Source: Eubacteriales bacterium
Lineage (GTDB): Bacteria; Bacillota; Clostridia; Oscillospirales; SIG627
NCBI GenBank assembly: GCA_045541915.1
Contig: JAZQJZ010000007.1
Coordinates: 32,781 to 96,780, forward strand
DNA length: 64,000 bases
Direction of reading: 5' to 3'
The notes beneath the pieces are model-generated. The model searched no databases. It had not been told where the DNA came from and worked only from the letters and a program-made list of their open reading frames with translations. Every line of letters starts with the position of its first letter. Positions within the stretch are counted from its first letter, which is position 1. The position numbers and the translations under genes are program-made. Below are positions 9,191 through 17,568 of this stretch, in pieces.

Positions 9191-11452
9191 ATGCACCAAT
9201 CTCTTTCTCTGGATGAGGTCCTGGATCTTGTTTTGCCCCTGGATCCTTGCGATAATACTCCCAAAAAACGTCCCGGAAAAGCAGAATGGAGCCTTTTTCC
9301 GGTAGAAGAAAAAAACCGCTATGAGGACATTTCCCTGACGCTGGTTTTCAAAAGCGGAGAGGATGAAATCCGCATCACCGGAATTGCCGATGCAGTGTGT
9401 GTTGAGGATGGCATCTATTATGTGGAGGAGCATATTCTCCTGGATCAGATGGTCTCCTTTGCCCGCTTCCGGGACAGAACCCTTCTCCGGGCGAGATTTC
9501 TTGCCCTTGCTCTGGCAGGAACCAAGAAACTGACACAAGTGGGCACCCGACTGTTTGTTTTCGCCCAAGGACGGGTGGAAACCGAGCCCTGTGTTTTGGA
9601 AAAGGAAGAGCTTTCCCGGACCATTTCCCCCTACATACAAAAAGTCCTTTCCCTTTCCGTTCTGTTTCAAAAGCCGGATGTGAATGTGGTCTTTCCTCAT
9701 ACGCAGCTTCGCGAGGGTCAGAAAAAGCTGATCCACGGAGTCTGGGACGCCATCAAAAGCGGGACCAAGCTTTTTGCCTGCGCCCCCACCGGAATTGGCA
9801 AAACTCTGGCGGTGTTGTATCCGGCCTTACGGGCCCTGGAAACCGGAAGGGCAAAAAAAGTGTTTTATGCCTCTCCTAAAAACACATTAAAGCTGCAAGC
9901 CGCCGCTGCGGTGGAAAGTCTGCAGAAGCTCCGTGGCCTCCGCACTCTGGTGCTGGGAGCCAAAATGAGCCTTTGCCCGGAGGAAAAGGAAGAATGCGAA
10001 AGCCTTGGCTGTCCTTATATGGACGGATTCGGGGAAAAGCTTCCGCAGGCCCTCTCTTTTCTCGCCACCTTCTCCTGCATCACCACAAAGGAGATCCTTT
10101 CTGCAGCCAAAACCTTTCAGATCTGTCCCTTTCAGCTGCAGCTGAAGATCCAACCCTACTGCCAGGTGGTCATTGGAGATTACAATCACATTTTCGACCC
10201 CAACCGCGCCTTATTTGCCCCCTCAAAGGATGCCATTTTGCTCATTGACGAGGCGCACAATCTGCCCACGCGGATTCGGGAAAGCTTTTCCGTGCACCTT
10301 TCCCCCCAGGATCTGGATCCCTTCTTTCGAAATCCGGTCCCGGCCTTTCAAATGCTAAAAGAGCACCTGGCGCCTCTTTCCGCCATTTTTGTAAACGTAG
10401 ACAAAAAAAGAGACGAAAGCAAAGAATATTTTTCTTTCGAAGCCCCCGCCTCCTTGGCAGAAAAGGTAAGCCAAGTGCTTCCCAAGGTGGGCTTTGCGCT
10501 CCACGAGGGCTTTGGCCCTCTTTCCCGGGAAGATAGACGGATCCTCCGGGATTTTTACGGAAAGCTAAAGAAGTTCACCCTTCTTTTCAAGGCCTTTGAT
10601 TCGGATTTTGCCACCGTTTATCCCCCGGAGGGCGGTGTGCGCATCTATCTTGTAAATCCCCGAGAAAAGATCCGAAGCAGTGCAGACGGCTGGAAATCGG
10701 TCACCTTCTTTTCCGCAACCCTTTTGCCAAAGGACTATTATTTCCAGCTGCTTTCCGGCGGCCAGGAAGACAGCTTTCTGGTTCTTCCCTCTCCGTTTCC
10801 CAGAGAAAATCTTTTTGTGGGCATTTGCCATTTGGATGTATCGTACGCCCAGCGCTTTGCCACTGCCCCCAAGCTTTGCAGCATCATTCGCCGTGCCACG
10901 GCATCAAAGCCGGGCAATTATATGGTCTTTCTCCCCTCTTTTGAATACTTAAATCTGGTGAGCCAGGAATATAAAAAGCGCTTTTTTGATCACCGCATCC
11001 TGGTTCAGGAAAAGATCATGACCGGGCAAAAGCGTAAGGAATTTTTAAGAACCTTCGAGGAAAACCGAAAGGGGACGCTCATCGGATTTTGTGTTATGGG
11101 CGGAATCTTTTCCGAAGGAGTAGACCTGAAGGGAGATTCTTTGGTGGGAGAGATCATTGTGGGAACCGGATTCCCTCCTCCCAGCCCCGAAGCGGAGGCG
11201 GAATGTGCTTCCTATTATAAAAGAGAAATGGACGGCAAAAGCTTTGCCTATACCCTCCCCGGCTGGAGCCGGGTGCTTCAGGCAGCCGGACGGGTGATCC
11301 GGGACGAGAATGACCGAGGCTTTCTCATCCTTTGCGATGCACGTTACCAGGGAGAGGATATGCTGGAATTGTTTCCGGAAAGCTGGGACGGAGCAGTTCA
11401 TCTGGAACGGGACGCTCAACTGCAGCAGGAGCTGGAACGATTCTGGAAATAA
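9191..11452 (+). CDS. XPD/DinG (Rad3-related) family ATP-dependent DNA helicase with N-terminal extension
   Basis: Walker A CAPTGIGKT, DEAH box LIDEAHNL, a Cys cluster (LCPEE..EECES..GCPY..ICPF) at the FeS-domain position, and C-terminal QAAGRVIRDENDRG. Confidence 0.8.
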   Translation: MHQSLSLDEVLDLVLPLDPCDNTPKKRPGKAEWSLFPVEEKNRYEDISLTLVFKSGEDEIRITGIADAVCVEDGIYYVEEHILLDQMVSFARFRDRTLLRARFLALALAGTKKLTQVGTRLFVFAQGRVETEPCVLEKEELSRTISPYIQKVLSLSVLFQKPDVNVVFPHTQLREGQKKLIHGVWDAIKSGTKLFACAPTGIGKTLAVLYPALRALETGRAKKVFYASPKNTLKLQAAAAVESLQKLRGLRTLVLGAKMSLCPEEKEECESLGCPYMDGFGEKLPQALSFLATFSCITTKEILSAAKTFQICPFQLQLKIQPYCQVVIGDYNHIFDPNRALFAPSKDAILLIDEAHNLPTRIRESFSVHLSPQDLDPFFRNPVPAFQMLKEHLAPLSAIFVNVDKKRDESKEYFSFEAPASLAEKVSQVLPKVGFALHEGFGPLSREDRRILRDFYGKLKKFTLLFKAFDSDFATVYPPEGGVRIYLVNPREKIRSSADGWKSVTFFSATLLPKDYYFQLLSGGQEDSFLVLPSPFPRENLFVGICHLDVSYAQRFATAPKLCSIIRRATASKPGNYMVFLPSFEYLNLVSQEYKKRFFDHRILVQEKIMTGQKRKEFLRTFEENRKGTLIGFCVMGGIFSEGVDLKGDSLVGEIIVGTGFPPPSPEAEAECASYYKREMDGKSFAYTLPGWSRVLQAAGRVIRDENDRGFLILCDARYQGEDMLELFPESWDGAVHLERDAQLQQELERFWK

Positions 11453-11484
11453 CAAAATCATCATAACAAAAGGAGGATGGCATC

Positions 11485-12795
11485 ATGTTCGGACAAAAAA
11501 GAAAAAAGCAAATCCCGGAAAGAAGCTTCTTTTTGGGCGAAATGGAATCCCGGGAAGCCGGCAATATGCCCTTTTCCGATGAAGATGCCTTCCCTCTCAA
11601 AGAAGAAACAGGAGATGCCTTGACGCTAAAAGCAGAAAAGGAGATTTCCCCAAAGAAAACGGAGCCTGAAAAAGTCGCCGGTGAGAAAAATGCCAAAAAG
11701 CACCGTCATGCGCTAAGAAACATTCCCAATGAAACAAAAGGAAAAAATGTTGCCTCCCCGGAAATCAAGCCCGAAAAAAAGCGCAAACCGTTTCCGAAAA
11801 AGGCAAAACGGGATGTAAAAAAAGACCCGGAGCCAAGCGAGACTTACCGCTCCCTGTTCCCCATGGGCGAAGCGGAGATCAAGGCTTCTCTAGAGGGAAT
11901 GTACGGCGTTTACTCCGATCCGGAAAAAAACAAAAAGAAGACCCTTGGCGCCTTTGACTATGTGCGCTACGGGATCCTCTTTGTTTGCATATTCGGTTTT
12001 TTGACGGCATCGTTTTTTGTGTTCCGCAAGCTCTACGACTATTACCGGGCTTATGTGGTATATTCCGGTCTGCAGGAAATGGTTTCGGAAAAGGACCGCT
12101 TTGCCGATGAATACTTGAAAAAAGCCCTGGTCTCGGTCGAAACCCTTACACCGGCCGACATTCTGGCAGGCAAAACCCATTCAGACAGCGCCGGAAACTC
12201 TACCTTTACCAGTGAGCAGGAGACGCTGGTGGGAAAAATCGCCCAGTTGAAAAAGATCAACGCCGACACTGCCGGCTGGATCAAGATCGAGGGAACGGTG
12301 GTGAATTATCCCATCGTTTGGTCCTCCAAGCGAAACTATTATCTGCACCGGGATTTCTACGGCAAAACCCTTTCCGGCGGCGCGATTTTCATCGATCCGA
12401 GAAATTCCAGTAACATTCCCCAAAATCGCAACACGGTCATTTACGGGCACAATATGTCCGACGGCAGTATGTTTGCCTCCGTTCACGATTTTGCCAGCGC
12501 ATCGGTGTTTTACTCGGCCACCATCGAAATTGCCACTTCTGACGGAATCTATATTTACGAACCCTTTTCCGTTCACGAATCCAATGCCTTTGACAATTAT
12601 TTTGAAACGGATTTTGTTTCCGATGTGGACTTTATCAATTTCTGTGAGCAGATGGCATTCATTTCCCTCTATGAAACGGAGCACACCTTCAACAAAAACA
12701 GTCAGATCATTACCCTGTCCACCTGTGATAACAACGAGCACTCCACCGACCGTCGCTTTGCGGTTCACGCAGTTTTAAGCAAGGTTATACGATAA
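11485..12795 (+). CDS. srtB: Class B sortase with long basic N-terminal extension
   Basis: VIYGHNM (His), ITLSTCDNN (TLxTC Cys), RRFAVHA (Arg). TM at aa ~160-180, preceded by ~155 Lys/Glu/Pro-rich residues. GGAGGA RBS. Confidence 0.85.
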   Translation: MFGQKRKKQIPERSFFLGEMESREAGNMPFSDEDAFPLKEETGDALTLKAEKEISPKKTEPEKVAGEKNAKKHRHALRNIPNETKGKNVASPEIKPEKKRKPFPKKAKRDVKKDPEPSETYRSLFPMGEAEIKASLEGMYGVYSDPEKNKKKTLGAFDYVRYGILFVCIFGFLTASFFVFRKLYDYYRAYVVYSGLQEMVSEKDRFADEYLKKALVSVETLTPADILAGKTHSDSAGNSTFTSEQETLVGKIAQLKKINADTAGWIKIEGTVVNYPIVWSSKRNYYLHRDFYGKTLSGGAIFIDPRNSSNIPQNRNTVIYGHNMSDGSMFASVHDFASASVFYSATIEIATSDGIYIYEPFSVHESNAFDNYFETDFVSDVDFINFCEQMAFISLYETEHTFNKNSQIITLSTCDNNEHSTDRRFAVHAVLSKVIR

Positions 12796-13090
12796 AATCA
12801 ATGGCGGCGCGGCTTTCTCGCAAGGGTCTCATAAAAGCACCTACGGCCTTGTGATCCGGATGCACAATGTACGCATCCAGCGCCTCTTGAGATTCAAAAT
12901 CGGAAATCAGGATCAGATCCGCATTCTCCGGATTGGATCCATCCTTGTTCACGTAAACCAGGCTATTTTTGATCAGGTCGATCTTGGCAGGCAGTGCTTC
13001 CAGCATAGCGCGCGTGGCAGCCACATTTTCTGCCTTACTCTTTCCCTGGGCCTCCTCTTTGAAGCGAAACAGTACAATATGACGAAGCAT
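12785..13090 (-). CDS. Dabb (stress-responsive A/B-barrel) family protein
   Basis: MLRHIVLFRFKEE...HPDHKAV pattern, 101 aa. Its 3' end overlaps the srtB 3' end by 11 nt (convergent). Confidence 0.8.
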   Translation of the reverse strand: MLRHIVLFRFKEEAQGKSKAENVAATRAMLEALPAKIDLIKNSLVYVNKDGSNPENADLILISDFESQEALDAYIVHPDHKAVGAFMRPLRESRAAIDFIV

Positions 13091-13241
13091 TTTGTGTTCT
13101 CCTTTTACTTTTTTCTGTTATTCTAACACAATCCACCGTCACATTCAATCTCCTTTTTCACAGAAAAACAGGATGTTTTCCCGAATCTTCACGATTCATA
13201 GGAAAAAAAGTTTGCAAAACATTTTATTTTTATTAAAATGC

Positions 13242-13270
13242 TTGACATATTTTTTCATTGGTGATATAAT
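13242..13270 (+). promoter_or_regulatory. Consensus sigma-A promoter for the sigma-factor gene
   Basis: TTGACA (13242-13247), 17-nt spacer, TATAAT (13265-13270). Confidence 0.6.
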
Positions 13271-13301
13271 TTATTTTAGGTAGTAATCGAAAGAGGTATC
13301 C

Positions 13302-13880
13302 ATGTCTAACAGCAAGGAAGTGCTTTCCCTTTCCAAGGATGAGAAGGAACTGGACACATGGGCAAAAGAGGCCGCCTCGGGAGGAGATCATTCCTTTTCC
13401 CGACTGGTGGAATATTTTACCCCAGTTCTGTTCTCTATGATCTCGCCCTTGGCAGTTCCGGAAACGGAAAAGGAAGATTTGATGCAGGAAGGTCTGATCG
13501 GTCTTTATAAAGCAGTCCGTTTGTTTGACCCAAGCCTCTCCTCCTTTGCCACCTTCGCCCGGATCTGTATGCGTTCTGCCCTATTGGACGGTGTGAAAAA
13601 ATACCAGAAAAGAGGCGCGGATCTGGATCTTGCAGACTGGGAGGAAACCATCCCCGCTTCCCTGACCGAGACCCCTGAAAGGATCTTTTTGGGTCGGGAA
13701 GAGCTGCAGGAACTGATGGAGCGAGTGGATCGAACTCTTTCCCCCATGGAGCGCCGTGTTTTCGGCCTAAGTCTTCAGGGCAAGGGTCCTTCCCGAATCG
13801 CAGCAGAATTGGGGCTGGGGCAAAAAAGCGTGGAAAACACGCTTTACCGGCTTCGCAAAAAGCTTTCGGCGCCGGTTTGA
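13302..13880 (+). CDS. RNA polymerase sigma factor, sigma-70 family (region 2 + region 4; SigH/ECF-like)
   Basis: Region 2 EDLMQEGLIGLYKAVRLFDP..SFATFARICMRSA, and region 4 LSPMERRVFGL...RIAAELGLGQKSVENTLYRLRKKL. Confidence 0.8.
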   Translation: MSNSKEVLSLSKDEKELDTWAKEAASGGDHSFSRLVEYFTPVLFSMISPLAVPETEKEDLMQEGLIGLYKAVRLFDPSLSSFATFARICMRSALLDGVKKYQKRGADLDLADWEETIPASLTETPERIFLGREELQELMERVDRTLSPMERRVFGLSLQGKGPSRIAAELGLGQKSVENTLYRLRKKLSAPV

Positions 13881-13994
13881 TTTTCGTTGATATGCCCGTG
13901 TAGCTTAAAGAGAGCGTTTTGATCGGCAACGATCTAAAAGGGTGACGGTGCGAGTCCGTTCTGGGCAATTTTAAAAAATTAAGAGGTATGGCAA

Positions 13995-14273
13995 ATGTAC
14001 GAAGACAAGACACTGGTATGCAAGGATTGTGGCAATGAATTCGTTTTCACCGCTGGTGAACAGGAATTCTACGCCGAGAAAGGTTTCCAGAACGAACCCC
14101 AGAGATGCAAGCCCTGCAGAGACGCGAAGAAGAATGCTTCCAGACAGGCAAGAGAGTATTTCACTACCACTTGCGCTAACTGCGGCAAGGAAGCAAAGGT
14201 TCCCTTCCAGCCCACCAGCGATCGCCCTGTTTATTGCAGCGATTGCTTCGCAGCAATGAAGGAGAACGCATAA
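13995..14273 (+). CDS. Zinc-ribbon domain protein (two CxxC...CxxC units)
   Basis: CKDCGNEF...CKPC and CANCGKEA...CSDC. 92 aa, with AAGAGG RBS. Confidence 0.75.
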   Translation: MYEDKTLVCKDCGNEFVFTAGEQEFYAEKGFQNEPQRCKPCRDAKKNASRQAREYFTTTCANCGKEAKVPFQPTSDRPVYCSDCFAAMKENA

Positions 14274-14283
14274 TTTTTCGTTC

Positions 14284-14317
14284 AAAAAAACAGTCACCGA
14301 AAGGTGGCTGTTTTTTT
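14284..14317. terminator. Bidirectional rho-independent terminator
   Basis: A7-CAGTCACC-GAAA-GGTGGCTG-T7, between convergent genes. Confidence 0.75.
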
Positions 14318-14326
14318 GTTTTCTCT

Positions 14327-14881
14327 TTAAAATGGAACAAGAACCGGACGAAAGGGCTGACTTTTTCTCAAGGCTGTGTGCTTGGCGGCATTTTTGGAAA
14401 CTGGATCCATCCGATATTTTTTTCTCGGCAAAGTCCCCTTCACAAGAAACCTGGCAGGCGGGATCCTTTTTTGCTTGGGGGAAACGGCACGCAGCTGCTT
14501 TTTTAATTCGCTTTTGGCTCTTTTTGCGTGACGGTACACCGTCCTTAAGCTAAAAAAACTCATCTCGGCAATTTCTTCATGGGTCAAGCCGTAAAGGTAG
14601 TGCAGTCGGGCAAAATCCCGGATTTCCTCCACGGAGATGAGCGAAATAGCCAGAGCAAGACGGGTAGCATACCGTTCACAAAGCCGCCGGTGACGGTTCA
14701 GCTTTTCCTTCAAGCTGTTCTCCCCCAAGGCGAAGGCGCGGAGCACCGGAGATGCACTTTCACCGAAATGATGCACAAAGGAGCGGTAGCTTTCGCTCTG
14801 CATCAGAGCAAGGCTTTTTTCGTCCTGCTCCACCGCCCTTTGAAGCAACCAATACCGGGAAATGTATTCATCAAAGGTCAA
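14327..14881 (-). CDS. Sigma-70 region-4-type HTH regulator (phage-type late-regulator-like)
   Basis: The only recognisable part is LHYLYGLTHEEIAEMSFFSLRTVYRHAKRAKSELKKQL, which is region 4-like. Basic C-terminal tail. ATGA overlap with the upstream small ORF. Confidence 0.55.
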   Translation of the reverse strand: MTFDEYISRYWLLQRAVEQDEKSLALMQSESYRSFVHHFGESASPVLRAFALGENSLKEKLNRHRRLCERYATRLALAISLISVEEIRDFARLHYLYGLTHEEIAEMSFFSLRTVYRHAKRAKSELKKQLRAVSPKQKRIPPARFLVKGTLPRKKYRMDPVSKNAAKHTALRKSQPFRPVLVPF

Positions 14882-15090
14882 GCGATGGATCCCCAGTCAT
14901 AATATTTTGCACTATCTGCCATGGCCATTTTTTCCGTGCGAACGGAGAGAAGCTCTTCCTGAAGATTCTCCCGAAACCAAGCCATTTCCTCCGCCGTATC
15001 CGAAAGCACTTCCTCCAAAGCCTCCGCCGCTTCCTCTACCTTTTCCAAGGCGAAGACTAGCGCTTCTTCTTTTTTCTGCAAGTATTTCAA
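14878..15090 (-). CDS. Small acidic hypothetical protein (probable coiled coil)
   Basis: TTG start with AAGGAGA 9 nt upstream. 70 aa, Glu/Ala/Leu-rich. First gene downstream of a perfect consensus promoter. Confidence 0.5.
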   Translation of the reverse strand: MKYLQKKEEALVFALEKVEEAAEALEEVLSDTAEEMAWFRENLQEELLSVRTEKMAMADSAKYYDWGSIA

Positions 15091-15132
15091 GTGTGATTTC
15101 TCCTTTTTCGTATTTTCTCATTGCTCGACTGG

Positions 15133-15161
15133 ATTATATCACGAAATTTCGTAATTGTCAA
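15133..15161 (-). promoter_or_regulatory. Perfect-consensus sigma-A promoter
   Basis: Minus strand reads TTGACA (15161-15156), 17-nt spacer, TATAAT (15138-15133). Confidence 0.65.
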
Positions 15162-15181
15162 TACAATTTACGTAATTTCGT
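15141..15181. promoter_or_regulatory. Two 12-bp operator-like sites
   Basis: ACGAAATTTCGT (15141-15152) is a perfect palindrome inside the promoter spacer. ACGTAATTTCGT (15170-15181) matches 11/12 and lies just upstream of the -35. Centres are 29 bp apart. Confidence 0.5.
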
Positions 15182-15248
15182 TCGCATTTTTACTTTTTAA
15201 TGTGCACGACAGGACGTACAGTTTTTTATGAATCTTTTTGAAATTCCC

Positions 15249-15277
15249 TTGCAAAACCCCCTTGTTTTTGGTAAAAT
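15249..15277 (+). promoter_or_regulatory. Putative promoter of the GT2-GtrA operon
   Basis: TTGCAA-17 nt-TAAAAT with a TGn extended -10. Confidence 0.5.
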
Positions 15278-15344
15278 ATCATCGGGTTTATTCGCGTTTG
15301 ACTTCACCTGACTGTTTCACCATTTTTTCATTGAGGAAAACACT

Positions 15345-16433
15345 ATGACCATCATCATTCCTGCCTACAAGCCGGATCAAAAACTGATTGATCTGTTGAA
15401 AAAATTGAAAGAATGCACCACCGCAAGACTTCTGGTTGTAAACGACGGCTCCGGAGAAGCGTATGAGGACATATTTCAAAGTGTCCGGGAGCTGGGGTGC
15501 ACCTTGCTTTGCCACCCTGTAAACAAGGGAAAGGGCGCTGCCTTAAAGACCGGTTTCCGGTTTCTTTTGGAGGAGGGCAAGGAAAAAGAGGCCATCTGCA
15601 CCGCCGATGCAGACGGTCAGCATTTGCCCGGCGATATTCTTCGCTGTATGGAAGAAGCAAAAGCCCATCCGGAGGCGCTGGTTTTGGGTTCCCGGATGTT
15701 CAAAGGGGACGTTCCTGCCAGAAGCCGGATCGGCAACGCCATTTCCCGGTTCACCTTTCACCTTTTAATGGGCACCAAAGTGTATGACACCCAGACAGGT
15801 CTGCGCGCCTTTTCCGCCGGTCTGCTGAACGAAATGCTATCCACCCCCGGCGATCGCTATGAATACGAAATGCAGGTGCTTTGCGATATGGCCAAACACA
15901 AGATCCCCATCCGGGAGGTGGAGATTGAAACTGTCTATTTAGAGGAAAATAAATCCTCACACTTCAATCCCTTGCGTGATGCGGTGAGAGTTTACGGGCT
16001 TCTGCTGAAAAACGCCCTGGGAAGAGCCTTTCAGCCTGTGATCTTTCTGCTCTCATCCTGCCTTGCCTTTTTCCTGGATGTCATTGTTTATTACCTTCTG
16101 TTCAACTTTGTTTTTTCCCATTTTATTCCCTCTCCGGAGGATCTTGCCTTTTGTTCTCTTTTGATTGCAAGAGCCATTTCCTCCGTGGTGAATTTTACCG
16201 TCAACGGAAAAATGGTCTTTCACAATTTAAAGCATCCGGCACGAAGCTTTGTTCTGTATGTGCTTCTGGTGGTGGGCATTTTCTTTGGCAATCATGTTCT
16301 CAACACCCTGTTTTTGGTGGATTTTGCACTTCATGAGATCCCCTCTTTGATCCTGGCGCAGTGCATTTGCTTCCCGGTGAGCTTTTTGATTCAAAAATAC
16401 ATTGTATTTCCCAAAACAAAGGAGACAAAATGA
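15345..16433 (+). CDS. Family-2 glycosyltransferase fused to a GtrA-like membrane domain
   Basis: IIIPAYKPD, VVNDGS and DADGQH (DxD) in the N-terminal half. Four hydrophobic helices in the C-terminal ~130 aa, typical of GtrA. Confidence 0.85.
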   Translation: MTIIIPAYKPDQKLIDLLKKLKECTTARLLVVNDGSGEAYEDIFQSVRELGCTLLCHPVNKGKGAALKTGFRFLLEEGKEKEAICTADADGQHLPGDILRCMEEAKAHPEALVLGSRMFKGDVPARSRIGNAISRFTFHLLMGTKVYDTQTGLRAFSAGLLNEMLSTPGDRYEYEMQVLCDMAKHKIPIREVEIETVYLEENKSSHFNPLRDAVRVYGLLLKNALGRAFQPVIFLLSSCLAFFLDVIVYYLLFNFVFSHFIPSPEDLAFCSLLIARAISSVVNFTVNGKMVFHNLKHPARSFVLYVLLVVGIFFGNHVLNTLFLVDFALHEIPSLILAQCICFPVSFLIQKYIVFPKTKETK

Positions 16434-17362
16434 GAAAAAAGCACCGCCTTTTTCTCCTGTTCTCTCTGGATCTGATCTGCCTTGGGGTGCTTCTTTGCAC
16501 CTTCGCCCTATTTCATCACGTTCTTCCCCGAAGCATCGGCAACCTTTATGGAGCCACCGCGGAGACAGAATTGCAGGATTGGGCAGAAAAATTCCCCGAT
16601 AAATTTACCACTGACGGCTCTGTGGTCAAGGGGGATGGATTTTATATGGATTCCCAGGTAAATGTCACCGTAACCACACACGTGGAAAATGGCGTTACCT
16701 ACTATGTGGCCGATCTTTACGTTCGATACATCACCTCCCTGAAAACTGCCATGGCAGGCGAGACCTTTTCCACCGGTATCTCGGATTCCACCCTGAATCT
16801 TTCCCGTGAAAACAACGCGCTTCTCGGTGTTTCCGGTGATTATTTCGGCATCCGTCAAAGAGGGATCGTCATTCGGAACGGCGAGGTTTACCGAACCTCA
16901 AAGGCCCACCAGATCTGCGTACTCTATTACAACGGAACCATGGAAACTTATTCCTTTTCCTCCTTTGATGTCAATCTTGCCATTGCCGGGGGTGCCTGGC
17001 AGGCCTGGGATTTCGGCCCTATGCTTCTGGACGAAAAGGGGCTGGCCATAGAGGAATTCAGCACCGGCATTTCCGGGGAAAACCCTCGGGTGGCTCTGGG
17101 TTATTACGAGCCGGGGCATTACTGCCTGGTGGCAGTGGACGGAAGACAAAGCCTCTCCCGGGGAATGACCCTGGCGGAATTGGCAAAGCTATTTGAATCT
17201 TTGGGTTGCCGGAGAGCCTATAACCTAGACGGCGGACATTCTGCCGTAATGACCTGGCAAGGAGAGATCTTTTCCTCTCCCAGTAAAAAAGGCGGCAGAG
17301 ACATCAGCGATATTCTCTACATCGCAAGTCCCACCTGGACCTATCAAGGAGAAGAAGAATGA
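16430..17362 (+). CDS. Phosphodiester glycosidase family protein (DUF2233/NAGPA-like), membrane-anchored
   Basis: Start at MRKKHRLF, overlapping the upstream stop (ATGA). N-terminal TM. The YNLDGGHSAVM motif is typical of the family. Confidence 0.7.
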   Translation: MRKKHRLFLLFSLDLICLGVLLCTFALFHHVLPRSIGNLYGATAETELQDWAEKFPDKFTTDGSVVKGDGFYMDSQVNVTVTTHVENGVTYYVADLYVRYITSLKTAMAGETFSTGISDSTLNLSRENNALLGVSGDYFGIRQRGIVIRNGEVYRTSKAHQICVLYYNGTMETYSFSSFDVNLAIAGGAWQAWDFGPMLLDEKGLAIEEFSTGISGENPRVALGYYEPGHYCLVAVDGRQSLSRGMTLAELAKLFESLGCRRAYNLDGGHSAVMTWQGEIFSSPSKKGGRDISDILYIASPTWTYQGEEE

Positions 17363-17568
17363 AAAAGTTCTTTTGTTTTTGCAAGCGACTGTTGCCCCAT
17401 ATCACCTTGATCTTAAGCCTTTCGCTTTTGACTTTTTTCGTCATTGATCTGTTTAACGAGTCTATGGCTTTTCTGAACAATGCCCTGACCAAAGGGATCC
17501 TCGCCGTGTGTGCCGGGCTCACCGTCCTTCTTTCAATCCTTTCTATTTTAGACAACGAAAGAAAATAA
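17359..17568 (+). CDS. Small two-TM membrane protein
   Basis: 69 aa with two hydrophobic segments. ATGA overlap with the upstream gene. Confidence 0.5.
   Translation: MKKFFCFCKRLLPHITLILSLSLLTFFVIDLFNESMAFLNNALTKGILAVCAGLTVLLSILSILDNERK

Noticed and set aside
8696-9736. 346-aa minus-strand ORF
   Set aside because: It is antisense to two consecutive plus-strand ORFs, one of them the helicase 5' end. It has no SD or motif support. The plus-strand genes form a compact lon-engB-...-srtB co-directional block.
13894-13967. A genuine tRNA gene
   Set aside because: The segment is cloverleaf-like and 74 nt long, but it has no 7-nt anticodon loop. The T-loop reads UGCGAGU rather than UUCRANY, the D-loop lacks GG, and the acceptor stem has a mismatch. 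It is kept only as a possible structured leader.
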